Positions 41,327 to 56,192 of a DNA stretch of 64,000 bases are shown piece after piece. A program made the position numbers and the translations under genes. Positions within the stretch are counted from its first letter, which is position 1. The number at the start of each line of letters is the position of its first letter. Source of the stretch: Octopus vulgaris (lineage: Eukaryota); contig OX597816.1 in assembly GCA_951406725.2 (NCBI GenBank), positions 34,596,001-34,660,000 on the forward strand. Direction: 5' to 3'. The notes below the pieces were generated by a model. The model saw nothing but the letters and a program-made list of their open reading frames with translations. It had not been told where the DNA came from and did no database searches.

Positions 41327-41739
41327 TATTTCTTTACTACCCACAAGGGGCTAAACATAGAGAGGACAAGCAAGGACAGACAAACGGATTAAGTCGATTA
41401 TATCGAACCCAGTGCGTAAGTGGTACTTATTTAATCGACCCGAAAGGATGAAAGGCAAAGTCGACCTCGGCGGAATTTGAACTCACAACGTAACGCAGAC
41501 GAAATACCTATTTCTCTATTACCCACAAGGGGCTAAACACAGAGGGGACAAACAAGGACAGACATAGGTATTACGTCAATTACATCGACCCCAGTACGTA
41601 GCTGGTACTTAATTTATCGACCCCGAAAGGATGAAAGGCAAAGTCGACCTCGGCGGAATTTGAACTCACAACGTAACGCAGACGAAATATCGCTAAGCAT
41701 TTCGTCCGGCGTGCTAACGTTTCTACCAGCTCGCCGCCT
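41327..41739 (-). repeat. Same SINE with tandem internal units, minus strand, inside a ~2 kb pile of decayed copies (40500-42490)
   Basis: Head ggcggcgagctggtagaaacgttagcacgccgg at 41739, and two ~180-bp units containing cgaaaggatgaaaggcaaagtcgacctcggcggaatttgaactc. Confidence 0.9.
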
Positions 41740-44429
41740 TGTAAGGACGGATGAAATGCCGTTAAGTATTTTATTCTGCTAGGATTCCGCGGATTCTGCT
41801 AGATCGACAAGTATTTTTATCATAAAAATATTACTTTCTACTGCAGGAAAAATGAGGGAGGAAGTTATTCGATTAAAATGTCTTCAGTGATAAACGGATA
41901 CATTGTCGTTACCGACATAATAAAAGGCAAAATCAAACTCGGTGAAATTTGAACTCGTAACGTAAAAAAGCCGATAGAAATAACACTAAGCATTTTGTAC
42001 GGTGCGCTAACGACGACTGCATTGCACAGTTTTTCTATTCCTAATAATAATTATATTTTGGAAAGTTGGCTAAGTGGCAAGCATTTTAGGGGAGGATTTA
42101 AGTCAATTACAACGCCCCCATTACTCGTCTGGTACAGATTTCATTGATTCCGTATAGATAAAATGTAAATTTGATATCTGCGGAATTCGAACTCAAAACA
42201 TACTGAGCGAAATGCAGCTATGAATTTTGTTAGCACAATAACGATTTTGCCGACGGACCATCATTTTAAACATAATAATATTTCCATTATAGGCACAAAA
42301 CCTGAAACTTCGTGAAAGACAGTTCAGTCGATTACTATCGACACCATGGGTCAACTGTTTCTTAATTTATCTTCCCGATTGATGAAAGGCAATGTCCACC
42401 CCGACAGCATTTGAACTCAGAAAGTACATCTGTACGAAATGCCCCTAGTCATTTTGCCCGGTGTACTCCAATTCGACCAGTTCACCGCCTTAATAATCTT
42501 AATAATAGCCGCAATAATAACAATATCTACCTAAGTTGCTACTGAATTTTGTATACGAAGTCTATTGAGAGCAGATTTAAATAATTCTCAACATACAGCA
42601 TAATACCTAATGTTCATTTTATAAATTATATTTTCAGATCTTTAAAAATACATTAATCATAATAAAAATTAATATTTTACTGTCAAGTTTATTTTTATCC
42701 TCTTGTCAGTTTGCATATTTATTTATTCTTGATATCAAATATTATTTGGAAAATATTTTTTAATGTTATATATTCTTAGGCAAGTATAAAGCAAACACAA
42801 ATAAAGTAAAATGATAAACTAGAAAACAGCAAACTATAAAAAGCAAAAAAGTACAGTCAACAAAGTCTATACAATATTAAATGCTTTCTTTTTGTTTTTG
42901 CCAATTTTGTATTTCTTTTTATTAATTTAAATAGCGGCACAGTATTAGAGGTTTATAATTTTTAATTAAATAAGACATCAGAAAAATATTTTCGAATCAT
43001 ATCTTGATACTACTGTGCTGAATTATTTTGATTTTACTTTTAATATGAAAATGAATAAATTCTATTTATATACAATAAAATATAAGAATGGAAAATTTAA
43101 CTTAGCAATTATACTTACATACTGTATATTTGCTTTGTTCTTTTGACTGGCGTTTAATTATAAGAGAACTGTTATAGATTTTACTTTCAGTAACGCACTG
43201 TATTCGTTCCTTAGAAAAGTATTAGTAATAATGAATACTATTAAACTTCGTACGATTTATCTTATGGGCACAATTCAGACTATGGTAAAGGTAGGTATAT
43301 GAAATGAGAAGACAATCGTCCATGGCGGATTAGATTCAGTAGAATTAATGTATTATAGTGAAAAATACCTCAGTAGCAGAATGTAATGTTCCTTAAGTCA
43401 AATTATTTACACTGTGCAAATGACAATAGCAAACATTCGCCCTACTTTGAAGACTTTATACAAATAGCTGATGTGTAAAAGTGAAGAAACTCACATGTCG
43501 ACCGTAGTATTTCGTCTTATACAAAATGGTACCACTTTTTTGCGTAATGTACAAATATATGAAGAGACGAATTAAAGATGAGGGGTTGAAGATTGGTAAA
43601 ACGGAGAATATTTGTAAAGTTTACTGGAGTTCTTAATTGTGTGAGTCAAACATATATGAATGTGTACAGAGACGAAGTACTGTTAGAAATAAGTTATTAG
43701 GTGAATAAAAAGGATAATATTGGAGTTATATGTTCAGGTTCGTTAAGTGGAATGATGTGCAGATAAAAATGGAGGGGTGAAATATGGTAATATGGAAATT
43801 AATAGAAAATTAATTCTTGCGATTATCTGAGGTATATGCTGCTACTGATGGAGGTATGTACACATTTATGATGAGTGTATAGAAATGAAGAAGGGATGTA
43901 AAGCAATAATAAAGAAATAAGGTGAGGCTAAAAGTTGTGTTTCCAAAAAATTTATGTCTCAAACAAATACGATGAAAATATATTTTAAAGGAACGGCGAA
44001 AAGTTGTAATCTGCTGAAATTTGTGAGAGAAAGAACTTGTTAATTAGCGGGGTGGACGCTGTGCGAAATACTCCGCTTACGTAATAAGGAATAATGGTCC
44101 AAAATTTATTTCGTCATGTCATGATTTCTCTGCTTAGGTCCTGCTGTTTCTTAATTTCTTTGGCTTTCAATCCATTACTTTATGGTATTATAAAACTTGT
44201 GATCTTTTCTGGCCTACATCGCTAGATAGTCATTATATGGAGGTCCCATAGACCTCTAAGCATATTTCTGACCAAGCTTTGTTGAATAATAATTTGCACA
44301 TACTACTCATTTGTCATTTTGCATCAACACTCAAGGCTAAGCCTTTCTTGTAGAGTTTTACCGACGTACTCATGCATGCGCTTATACAGCATTTGTGTTA
44401 CCTATTTCACATGTAAGATTGTTAATACT

Positions 44430-45250
44430 AACGCATTGGGGTCGCTATAATTGACTTAATACGTTTGTCTGTCCTTGTTTATCCTCTCTGTATTTAGCCT
44501 CTTGTGGGTAGTAAAGAAATAGGTATTTTATCAGCCGTTGCGTTGTGAGTTCAAATTCCGCCAAAGGCGAATTTGCCTTTCAACCTTTCGGGGTCGATAA
44601 AGTAAGTACCATTTATGCACTGGGGTCGATATAATCTTTTTTAATCCATGTGTCTGTCCTTGTCTGTCCCCTCTGTGTTTAGCCCCTTGTGAAATAGGTA
44701 TTTCGTCTGCCGTTACGTTGTGAGTTCAAATTTCTCCGAGGTCGAATTTGCCTTTCATACTTTCGGGGTCGATAAAGTAAGTACCAGTTACGCACTGTGG
44801 TCGATATATCGACTTAATCTGTCTGTCTGTCCTTGTTTGTCCCCTCTGTGTTTAGCTCCTTGTGGGTAGTAAAGAAATAGGTATTTCGTCTGCCATTATT
44901 TTGTGAACTCAAATTCCACCGAGGTCGACTTTGCCTTTCATCCTTTCGGGGTCGATAAATTATGTACCAGTTACGCACTGGGGTCGATATAATCGACCTA
45001 ATCTCTTTGTCTGTCCTTGTTTTTCCCCTCTATGTGTAGCCCCTTGTAGGCAATAAAGAAATAAGAAGCGTTAGCACACCGGGAAAAATGCTGAGTGGTA
45101 TTTCGTCTGTTATGTTCTGAGTTCAAATTCCCCGTTTCATACTTTTGGGGTCAATAAATTAAATACCAGTGGTGTACTGGGGAGGGATTGATCTAACCTA
45201 CTGGTCTCAAAGCCCAAAAAATTTGGGCTTTGTGCCTAGAGTAGAAAATA
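44430..45250 (+). repeat. Tandem array of ~175-185 bp SINE-derived units (third family, Meta-domain-like core)
   Basis: Units start at ~44521, 44696 and 44879, plus partials. Core: gaggtcgactttgcctttcatcctttcggggtcgataaa..gtacc. Confidence 0.9.
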
Positions 45251-45775
45251 ATGCTCCTTATATTGAATTTTGCTTTAAGCACCCTCAGAAATCTTCTATA
45301 TTCGCTGTATATTTTTTCTATAATTTATCTTTCCATTACATTATCATCCATTTTGCCCGTTTATTGTTCTGAGCACAAATACTACCTGGGTGGACTTTAT
45401 CTTTCATTCCTACGGCGTCGAAAGAATTAGTAGCAGTCGTTTACTGGAGTCGATGTAAACGGCTATCCTCCTGCTCTCCGAATCTCTGGCCTTAAATGCT
45501 ATAATAGAAAGGATAACTTCTGTTGAATTTTATCAAGAGTTTCTACCTGAAAATAGTTCAAATGCAATTCAGTATCTTCTATTTTCAGATTCCCAGTGTG
45601 TGGTGGGTTCTATCTGCTTTAACATATTTCCTTTCAATCAGGCTCACAAAGTTCTGCATTAACTGAAGACGGGAGTTCTAAACATGTAGCTACAAGTTAA
45701 ATGTTTTCAAAACTCAACAAAATTAACTGACACCTACCACACTCATCATCTTCTTCCTCCTCCCATCATCATCCC

Positions 45776-45821
45776 CTACTACTACTACTACTACAACAAC
45801 AACAACTACTACTACTACTAT

Positions 45822-45856
<35 letters not shown>

Positions 45857-45892
45857 TTTCTACTACTACTACTACTACTACTACTACTATTT

Positions 45893-45925
<33 letters not shown>

Positions 45926-45940
45926 TTTCTACTACTACTA

Positions 45941-45972
<32 letters not shown>

Positions 45973-45976
45973 ACCA

Positions 45977-46008
<32 letters not shown>

Positions 46009-46033
46009 ACCACTACCACTACTACTACTAATA
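45776..46033. repeat. Compound (CTA)n/(CTG)n/(CAA)n microsatellite
   Basis: Read directly from the sequence; it produces the poly-V and poly-S ORFs. Confidence 0.95.
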
Positions 46034-46562
46034 ATATGCACTGGAAAAGCATCCAAGCTTGCTGCGTTAAACACCTCGTGTAAACACCTCGTGTAAAGGA
46101 AAGCAAGAATAAACAATAGAATGACGATGATAGTAATAATATTTCCGAACATAGGCACAAGCCTGAAATTTTGGTTGCGGAGCTATTATGCTACATCAAT
46201 ACCAGTACTCAAGAGTAATTGTTTTATCGACCGCGAATTGATTAATGTCAAAGTCGACCGTGTGGAGTTTGAGCTCAGAATGCAACGACAGGTAATGCAG
46301 CTAAGCACTTCTACCGACGCGATAACGATTTTAGTAACCTTAATATTTAATACTAATAGTAATAACAAAAATAAATAGCAATAGTTACACAATAAAGCAC
46401 CTATAGTGAAACGCCTACTGATTTCTAAAATTAGAAACACATTTAGTTTGGCAAATGTACCACCAGATTAACGTTAAATACTTGAATTAATCCATACATA
46501 TTTACATCCAGATGCACAGATAAAAGGATATCTGTCTAGCTATCTAGCTATCTATATGTCTG

Positions 46563-46638
<76 letters not shown>

Positions 46639-46699
46639 GTTATCTGTTAATTTTCGTAGTTATTTATCTATCTATTTATTTACGTTTCTCTCTCTGTAG

Positions 46700-46774
<75 letters not shown>

Positions 46775-46817
46775 TGATTGTGTGTGTGAGTATGTCTATC
46801 TATATGTATATATATGC

Positions 46818-46850
<33 letters not shown>

Positions 46851-49849
46851 GCATACATAATCTCTCGCAGACACACACGCATATATGTATGTGTGTGTGT
46901 GCGAGTGCCTCTCTGTGTGTGTGTGTGTGTGTTCGTGTGTGCCTGCGCGCGCGCGCATGTATTATACCCAAAGACTTTTGATATTTTCCGCACCCATCAT
47001 CTTCTAAGTTCCGATAGAGAATCTCTGGTCGGATACTCCGGTTCGTGTTCTCTTCTTCGTTGGCGTTCAGTAGCATTGGTCCAGTAATGTATTTGTCGTC
47101 TCTTTTTACTGCTAAATGAGTGATTATTTCCATCTATCAGTTACATATATCTTATCTATGCTACAGTAAAGATGTAGAATAGATACAAGAAGTCATTAAT
47201 TGCTATAATTTCCTTCTCTATATCCTCATTTATTGGTTGATAATAATGAAAATAGGTTTGTTGCGATAACGCTTTATCTTTATTACATAAGATTATTAAT
47301 GTAACCTTTGCTGCCCCATTTGCTCAATTATCTTCTCGATGAAGTCGAAGTGACCCAATGTTGCTGACATTGTTCTCCATCCTATTCAGAAGTTTGGTTT
47401 GGTTGGAAAATGATTCTATTGATTTAATACAGAACGTTGCCTACAATGGTGCTAAATCATTCATTATGCATTGACTTTGAATAAATAGCGACCGTTTTAC
47501 CGTTGGAATAATGAAAGCATGGAAGTTTCAGGAAATTAATTTCTTGACACTCATTAGCATCAACAATTGACAAGTGAGAGTTATTTTCCCTTGAAATGCT
47601 AAGGTTAACAAATTGCTGTTGAACCAATCATTGGATGGATACTAAGAATAGAATATTGCTTCGGAAGAATTTTGAAGTAATTACAACCTATAGAATTTAT
47701 TTAAAATTAATGTAAGTCAGTTTCAGCCTCAAATGAATTGCACAATATACATAGAAACACTTATGTCTTAGACCTTATACGTCTTGTTTCCCACTTTATA
47801 CAGATAATTTCGGCTCTAACATTCAATTTATAAGCTGTCATTTATTAAACGAACTTGAACTGCGTGTATTTATATATAATTATCTTATTGTTTCGCTAGA
47901 GTAATTAAGTACATTTAATTATACTTTTCAGAACTACATATGTGGAATCCATCAGTAAATGATAAAGGAAAATCAAACAGATATAAATACCCTGACATAA
48001 GGAAATGTTGGAATGTTTTGTAATATCTATTGTTCTTCAATCGAGATTAGATGAGATTACAGTTTGGCCTGGAAATTCAGTTGCATAGCATTACTATATG
48101 TAACAAGGTACACAAATATAAATACATTTTATTATTAAATTGTTTGTTGCAAAATGCAGAAATGCTCTAATATAATGCGCACTGTGCATCGTTACTGAAC
48201 GGTTATTGGTTTGTAAAAACGTTGCCAAGATAGATTATAGAAATTTCTAATATACCTAACCTTTTCGTTGCACATTCAAAATAAATTTTCGTAATAGATT
48301 TAAACAGTCAAAATATTTCTGAATTACAACTTTTGTTTTTTAATTTAGCTTATAGAAAGACGTAATACTTTCTAGATTTTACCAGAGAAAGATTTTGGAA
48401 ATGATACATTGTGTTGTTTGTAAAAGGAGATATAGGATAGTATCATTAACAAACATATATAAATATATGACGGAAATATGTCCTCAAATGTAACGTGTAA
48501 CTATATAGACATAGAATCATTTAGATTGAGTGGAGTCTATCATGTCATATAGTGAGATGCGAAAAAGGGATAAATGGTATTATCCAAACAATTAGCAGAA
48601 AACAAACACTCTTCTGAGAATGTCCAAAATCTTTTTTTAATAAAAGAAAGAACGGCATATATCTTAACGTTTCAAAATGCACAAATCTAATGTTCGACTG
48701 TACGCTAAAATTTGACTCAAAATAGCATTACTGTGTACAGGAAAAAAGCGTGTTTTTTTCTATAATTTGCTGCTCACATATTTTGGGGGATCTATATTAT
48801 TGCTCAGACAACGGAGTGCATTTAAGGATGATGGTTGCTGCATGAAAACCGCAGAAGGAAACTATCTGAATACATCTCAGCTAAAAGCCTCAAATGGAAG
48901 CCCATATGTCATCATTCAATGCAACCTCCTGTTAACAAATGAGAGGCATCTAACATAAACAAAGAAAAACTTGTATCCAATATGGGCTATGTTGAATTTT
49001 CATTAGGGTATGTGATGTAATTCCATGCTGTTTCGTTCACACATGTGTTTCCCTGTAAATATAATATGCTTCTGGGCATTAAAGAAAACCATGGTGCCTA
49101 TAATAATTAAAAACGGTTGAATTATATGGTACTTAACACCACTGAGAAATCTAGGTTTACCAAAAATTACATGTACATGGAACTCTGTACAAGTTTAATT
49201 TTTTTCTCTCATAGCGGTATACTGATTTTTGTTTTCTGAGAAAACTTATGTGACATCGACGAGCAAGCATTTCACCATGACATTATAACTACAGAACGCT
49301 GCAATGATACTAGTGCTTTCGCTGGTCATATAAGATGAAAACGCCACAAGAAAACAGTGGAATATCCTAAGTATTTTTCATATTATCTTTCATACGTTTT
49401 CATATTTTCTTTCTTTTCAAGTAAGTCGCTTCTTAAATATCTCCATCATTCGAAAACATTTGCACACATTAAAATTAAGTTTTAGATGTCGTAAATTAAT
49501 ATACAATTAGGAAAAGCTTGAGTAAAGTTGGTTTTTGTTATCTCATCATAAATGTAGAGGCGAAGCTAATATCTCAGCCGAAGATTATTATCAGTGTAAT
49601 GACAAGCTGTTCTGAGATAGTCATCAGCAACATAATTCAGGATGTCATACTAGAAAGAATATTTTAGCGTGAAAGAATGTTTTAGCAAGGCAATCAAAGA
49701 TTGATTTGTAGGAAGACTAAATGCAACATTAAAATTACGTGTGAAAATATTGATGACGTTCTAAATATAGGGCTCCTTACGGACAATGGTTCAGAGAACA
49801 TTTAGATGTTGAAGAGTTTAGAGTCGCACAACGGAGTACATCATAAGTG

Positions 49850-50200
49850 GATAATTTCAGGGCAGAGCTCTTTCCAATAATGCAAACCTGAGTAGTGCAA
49901 TCTGAAAGGAAGTAAACCAGTTAACGATTTGAAAGAATATTGGAGCCCATAAGTCGGTAGTTTTAATAGTATTCCGTGTTACTGAAACAATCATTGATAT
50001 CCATTACAAAATTGGTTTCACCAAATATCACTTTCATGGCAGCACACTAGAGCTCACATAAAAGAATTAACGTACAGTAGATAAGAAATTGCGGACACCG
50101 TACTGGTGACTACAAGGAGAGAAAAAACGATTCATTGTGTTGGAGAATTTCTCTGATAAAGTCTATCTCTACTATATTTGAAACACTGGAACTACGATGA
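49850..50200 (+). mobile_element. Very old CR1/L2-like reverse transcriptase remnant
   Basis: Decayed YRPISL-like (agcccataagt) and KVMERII-like (FRVTETII) motifs in the expected order. Confidence 0.3.
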
Positions 50201-50823
50201 TAAGACGATATTTAGGTGAGCAAGTATCATTACATATCTTGAGAATGTTACTCTCAGTACAGTGATTTCAAAAATAGAAAATCAGATAAATTGGAAGCCA
50301 TATCTTAACTCTCTCCACGGAGAAATAAAGATGTAAAAACAAGAATAAGACAAACATAGCTCAGTCAGTGATATTTTATGATTTTGCACTGAAACTTGAA
50401 TCAGTTATAAAGAAGTCTTCTCATCCTTTTCACTCTCATTTAAATGGCACTGTCCGTTACAGTTCACTAATTTTATTCATGTATTCATTTAAAGTATTTT
50501 TATATTCAATAATACTTTATTTTTTATTCCTTCACTACCAACAACAATACCATATGTTAATATTTATTTAATTATTTTTCTTTCCTATTAGATCTAACAA
50601 ATATCCTCTTCTGCAAGCATTTAAGAGCGAATAGAAATGAAGCAAATGTCACATGGGCGACGAATCTTCGCAAACATATTTCTAAGTATTGTGCACATCT
50701 ATTCTCAATAAAACATCTTCATAATAAGTATTTAAATAATATCTTCGACACTCTATAATCTGAATAAACATTCCAAATATGTCTGTTTCTTTCTATTTAA
50801 CCAGATAACGGCAATATTCATCG

Positions 50824-50859
<36 letters not shown>

Positions 50860-51284
50860 GTTCATGAACCTTGAGCACTGACACGTATAAAAGTAACTGC
50901 GGGTTGATTTTATTCACTGAGAACTTATCTGCCGATATGTTTTATATGTTTGTTGTACCTTTCCTTAGATCTTCACATTGATCCCCATTCCATAGTCAAG
51001 CATAGTTCAGCCATGACAATTTTATTCGATTAATAATCTTCTACTATAATAATACTCTTGTATTTTCTCCGTCGCAAGATATGACTGAGAAAGGAAGAGG
51101 TGATACATGAATAGGGAAGGAAGGGATGAAAGAAACAGCGTTTTAACTCTGAGTGTGTATATGTGTGTGTACTCGGAGTTTTAGCATGGGTATCGAATAA
51201 TTGTCACATATATTTACAGATAAATTACTCTATTCACATAATCTCGGGGTCACTTTCATTCTCTTCTTGTCTTACCATTTTTAT

Positions 51285-51326
<42 letters not shown>

Positions 51327-54300
51327 ACGTGTGTGTGTGCGCGTGTGTGTGTGTGCAGAGATAGATAGATAGATAGAGGGAGAGAGAGAGAGATAGAGAG
51401 ATAGATGGATCGATAGAGAGATAGAGAGATAAATAGATAGATAGATACACTTCAGTGTTTCAGATTTGATTTTCGTTACATCAGAATTTTTAAATGTACG
51501 AGTAATGCATAGCTTTGTATAGAAATATTCACTACATCAACTTACTTATTGCCCATGTTAACATGGCGCGTACTTCACGTTACATAATTTATTACACACA
51601 TGCGAGTGGATTTGGACTATAAAACAAAAGTGTAAGTTATATATATTCTTCAGTTGGAATACGGGATTTAGTTTTCAGATAAGATAAACAAAGACACACA
51701 ATACGGTTTAGGTTTATGGTCTCTATTTTGGTAAGGAATCTAAAATACTTAGAGTACAGGAAACCGCGTGAAATGCAAATATAAGTATACATAATAATGA
51801 AAGAAATATTACGTCAAAATAAAATTCCAAGAAAATATGAATAAATGATTATCGAGAAAGAGTCTCAAAATCCGTCGATTATAAAGAAAAGGAGTGCAAA
51901 TTTAAATTCTAATGGCCTATATTGTCCACCTTCTCATATGTATCACACTAAACTTTATATTTATGGAAAACTTATAACATGTAGTCTCTTAATATATTAA
52001 CTCTGAATATCTCTACAATAAGTATCATGCAGTTTTTGAAATTGATTGCGTCTTTTATTTTGTGCATAATATTTTTTTTGTTTTCCAAACACCATTTCCA
52101 TTCTGACATGTAATTATTGCATTTGTGTGTAAGTGCTTAATATATCTCAGATATTGATCATGCTGGTAATCATACAGTTTCATTAGTACAAATGTGATGA
52201 TAACAAATGAAGTGGTTTTCATACACACTGATGTAACGCTCTCTATCTATGTGTATGTTTGACCACAAATAGACAAAAAACTGTGCGACGTTGTTTTTAT
52301 CCTGGAACAATATAAACCGTCTCATTACATTAGTAAAATATGTGAACAGCATTATACTAGTTTTCGATTTGATAACAACTGTCTCCTATTCTCAGATACG
52401 AATATATAAGCTATTATTTTGATGTATCTATATAGAAGAGTCACCTCAATTCATCCCAATGTAGCTACTAACAGGTCACATACTACTTCTTATGTATTTC
52501 TAAGAAACATATTGCTGATTAGTACATAGAGCAATTTTATGCTGACAATCTCTAAGTTATGTGACATAAATACTATCGCCGCTTCTGTAGGAACAATTAT
52601 TTCAACCATCGAGTTACTACGTTCGTTATGTATCATAATTGTATTTTTTGAATGAGTTTTTCCAACTTTTACATGTTTTTAATGAAACATTAAAATGGAG
52701 GTTGGAATTGTATCATTGTAAGGAAAACATTTAGAGATTGCGCTTCAATGCTTGTACCATTAATTCATTTCATGAGCAAATAATCTTCATATTGGTATGA
52801 TTTGAAATTATACCAACAAAATTATTATACTTTTCAAACCTCTGAATAGCTTATATAATCTTCGGGTGAAGCAAGAAAAGGAATTGAGAAAAAACAATAT
52901 CCTTATAAAATAACTCCACTCACAAACGAAATTTATTTCGAATTCACAGTGGAGTTAAGTCATGTACATAATCCCATGCATAATATTTAGTAAAAAGGGA
53001 TGGATATTAATCATGCTTGAAGAAGTTTTCAAACTTTTACTTTAAAAGCAATAATACATTATTTGAAACTACCTCTTTTTGCAAGTGACATAAAATTGTC
53101 CTGGGATCTTTTATATGAATATGTTAGTAGACGGTACGTGTTAATTCATTAAAATACCTTGTGTATTCAATTGTAATCTGAGTAAAATATATCAAACGCC
53201 TTACACAGAACTCGATACCGGACAGGAAAGGAAAACATATAGCCTCAATATTCGATATGTTTAGTAAACCGATAGAGTTTCTGCTTTAACATAGACGTTT
53301 GGATTTAAGCAGTCATAACGTAGCAATACTTTCTAACACGGGTTTATCTCTTGAATGATTTGATATGTACAAATAAAGTATTCGTTGTAGTATCTATAAA
53401 TTTTCCCATTATGTACGTGAGTATTAAAGATGTTATGAGAGAGTTATCAAAACAAATATAGTGAGAGGCAGAGAATAAAATAAGATATGCAGCAAAAGTT
53501 CTTCCGATCGTCTTACTTTTGTACATGTGATGGTTCATATTGTTTACAGTTGCTCACATCTTAGTGCGCAAATTTGGGACTAAAGGCATCCCAGAACGCC
53601 CTTTTCTATATTAAGGATTATACTGCTTAACTTTTTTTCTCATTTCTAAGCTGGTACAACTTGATATCATTGACTGCGTTTTTTAGTAGTGTGAGCAAGC
53701 ACCTTCATCATTCAATTGCAGTAGCTTATGATTATTCCTTTAAATTATATTATGTATTTTTCTCACGTTTAATATACTTTCCACCCAAAGCAATATAGTG
53801 GTATGTCTAAAGTATTTATCAAAACACTGAGATTTTCTAAATATAATAATTAATCATCTATATCTTACCTATATCTTAAATCCCAATCTATATCTTATGG
53901 ATTGTTGGTAAAATTCATTGTAAATTTATTGGTAAATGTAAGATATTTGTGACAATTTTGTTTCGATATAAAATTACAATGCTCAGAGCGAGCCATGACC
54001 GACAAGTTATCCAACGATGATCATCTTTATGGAAGGAAATCATATATCTTCCTGTCATAACTTTCATTTCCAAAAGTTAATGACAATTTTGTAGAATAAA
54101 TGTCCAATATGTATATCTGTATTCATATATGGATACAGTTATACAGTTTATTCGATGAAATTCATTACTAAATCGCTATTTTATGTTCTGAAAATTGAAA
54201 TAAGCAAACCATTGAAGTGGTTATGGATCGAGAAACCTACATCAAATGCAACGTCATCTATATCTTCATTAGAAAACTTTAACTCCTGCATTCTCGATAT

Positions 54301-55304
54301 AGTGTTTTATAATACCCCTGGCGATTTAACCCAAAATTAATACAATTAACCGTAAAATAAGTTTATAATATGTGTTCAATTCTGTTTCTTTTGTACACTA
54401 ACGATATACGTATTAGTTCTAATAATAATCAAATTACAGAATGGCAAAATCTATCTTTCTGTATGCTATTGAAATAAATATAGTACAGGACATTTGGAAA
54501 TTTAAAGACTTCGTCTTCTGCTATGTATTACACAGAATAAGTTGTATTCGAAAAAAGAAAGACTATTTGTTCCTTATTCTGAAACAATATTTATACGTTT
54601 TATTTAGTACAAGTCTATCTCACAATATGTATGAGAACGACCTTACACATTACATGTGTGAGTTAAATAAGAGAATTTTAACATATGCAACACATCCGTA
54701 TGAAAATACCTTTAGAATTTATATATAAAAACTCTTATTGTTTCTCGATAGAAAATAAAGTGGAAAGCGTAGTTATATCCTATCTCACGACAGGTTTTAA
54801 CATGTAATCATTCGCTAAACTAAATAATTTTCACACATGTGAAAGCTCTAGTGTTTCTTAGTGAATCATTTTATAAATGGGCAAATTTTCAAAAATCTAA
54901 TCTTTTCAGCAACATCCCTTCCGCCATGCTGGAATCTTAGTATTTTCTAGTGAGGCAGTAAGATATATTATATTCAGATAGCCACCGATAAAAGACCTTC
55001 ATATCTAACAAGGAGAATGTGTCTTTTTACTCTTGTCAAAACTTTGTGTCTTAGACTATCGTGGTTAATTTCCTATTGTTGCAAATTCATAAATCTTAAA
55101 TGTAAATAATTGCTGGCATGTAATGAGTGAAACTATCAGTTAACAGCACAAAAAATGCTACATACTTTGGAAATCACAAATTTCTTAAATGGTTGAAGGG
55201 TATAAATTAGAAGAGAATGAAATATCAATAAGCAGAAACAATTTCTTTAGAATCACATCCTTAAAACGAAGGCCAAATTGGATATGGGAAGATAAAAAAA
55301 TAAT

Positions 55305-55612
55305 AATAATTGCAGCGTGGAAAGTGTTTATAAGCCATTTAAGAAACACACAAAAACCGTTAGATTCACTTCAACATTTAAATTTAATTTTCAAAATACC
55401 TTCGTCACTTTGAGAACAGATGTAAATCTGTAAACCGCATATACTGTTGGCCGCATTATACCAGTGATGCAGCACGAGTTTTGTCAGCGAACAGGTCGCG
55501 GTCTCAAAGCGACGAAAATATTTTCACAAATAAAATTTAAATGTTTAAGTGAATCGAACGTTTTTGTGTGTTCCTTAAATGGCTTATTTACGCTGCAATT
55601 GTTTTCTTTCCA
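55305..55612. repeat. Inverted pair of the same Penelope-like terminal sequence (55305-55418 vs 55500-55612)
   Basis: taagccatttaagaaacacacaaaaaccgttagattcactt is the reverse complement of aagtgaatcgaacgtttttgtgtgttccttaaatggctta, with a few mismatches. Confidence 0.75.
55480..55530 (+). ncRNA. Variant minimal hammerhead (G3:C8 swapped core)
   Basis: UUUGUCA-GCGAACA-g-GUCGC[ggucucaaa]GCGAC-GAAA-AUAU-U-U-UCACAAA. Stem I has 6 of 7 pairs, stem II has 5 bp, and the palindrome is AAAAUAUUUU. Confidence 0.6.
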
Positions 55613-55787
55613 GCACACGATCTCAGATGAGGTCACTTGCTATGCAACTACATCTCCGTAGACAAAGTATATTATAGTAATATGATATTTATCTTGCTTC
55701 AGCTTAGTCACTGCTCTAATGTTGCTAATTAGTAACAACTCCCGGCCAACACTATATATATTTTACAGATTTACATATATATCTATA

Positions 55788-55850
<63 letters not shown>

Positions 55851-55954
55851 TATTTATGTAAGTATGTATACATATATAGATATAGATAGATAGAGATATA
55901 TTTATATATATGCATATATATGTCTGTGTGTATATATATTTAGTGTATAAATGC

Positions 55955-56192
55955 ATGTAAAATAAAAGCGAAATTCTGTCTGTTTGCAATCAGGATGATC
56001 CCAGGTTTGAAAATCTGCCCTTCATTTGGTTGTTTACATCCATCAGAGCGTTTAGGTCTGGATAAAGATTTGCGATATGATAAAACTGAAAATTAAAATT
56101 ATAAAAGATATCCAAACATTTGTGAACTTACATGTTTTGCTTTATAACTGAATTTAAAGTAATACCCTGCTCGTAGGGTAATACCTTATTGG
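55955..56192 (+). mobile_element. Possible short non-autonomous Helitron
   Basis: 5' taaaagcgaaattctgtctgt. The hairpin taccctgc-tc-gtagggta (56163-56180) lies 8 nt before TTGG|T. Confidence 0.4.

Noticed and set aside
43500-44100. RTE-like LINE remnant (KINSCDYL..DGG)
   Set aside because: A single weak motif is insufficient to call it.
44430-45250. CRISPR-like regular array
   Set aside because: The units are homologous over their whole length with no unique spacers. They are SINE-derived, in a eukaryotic context, with no cas genes.
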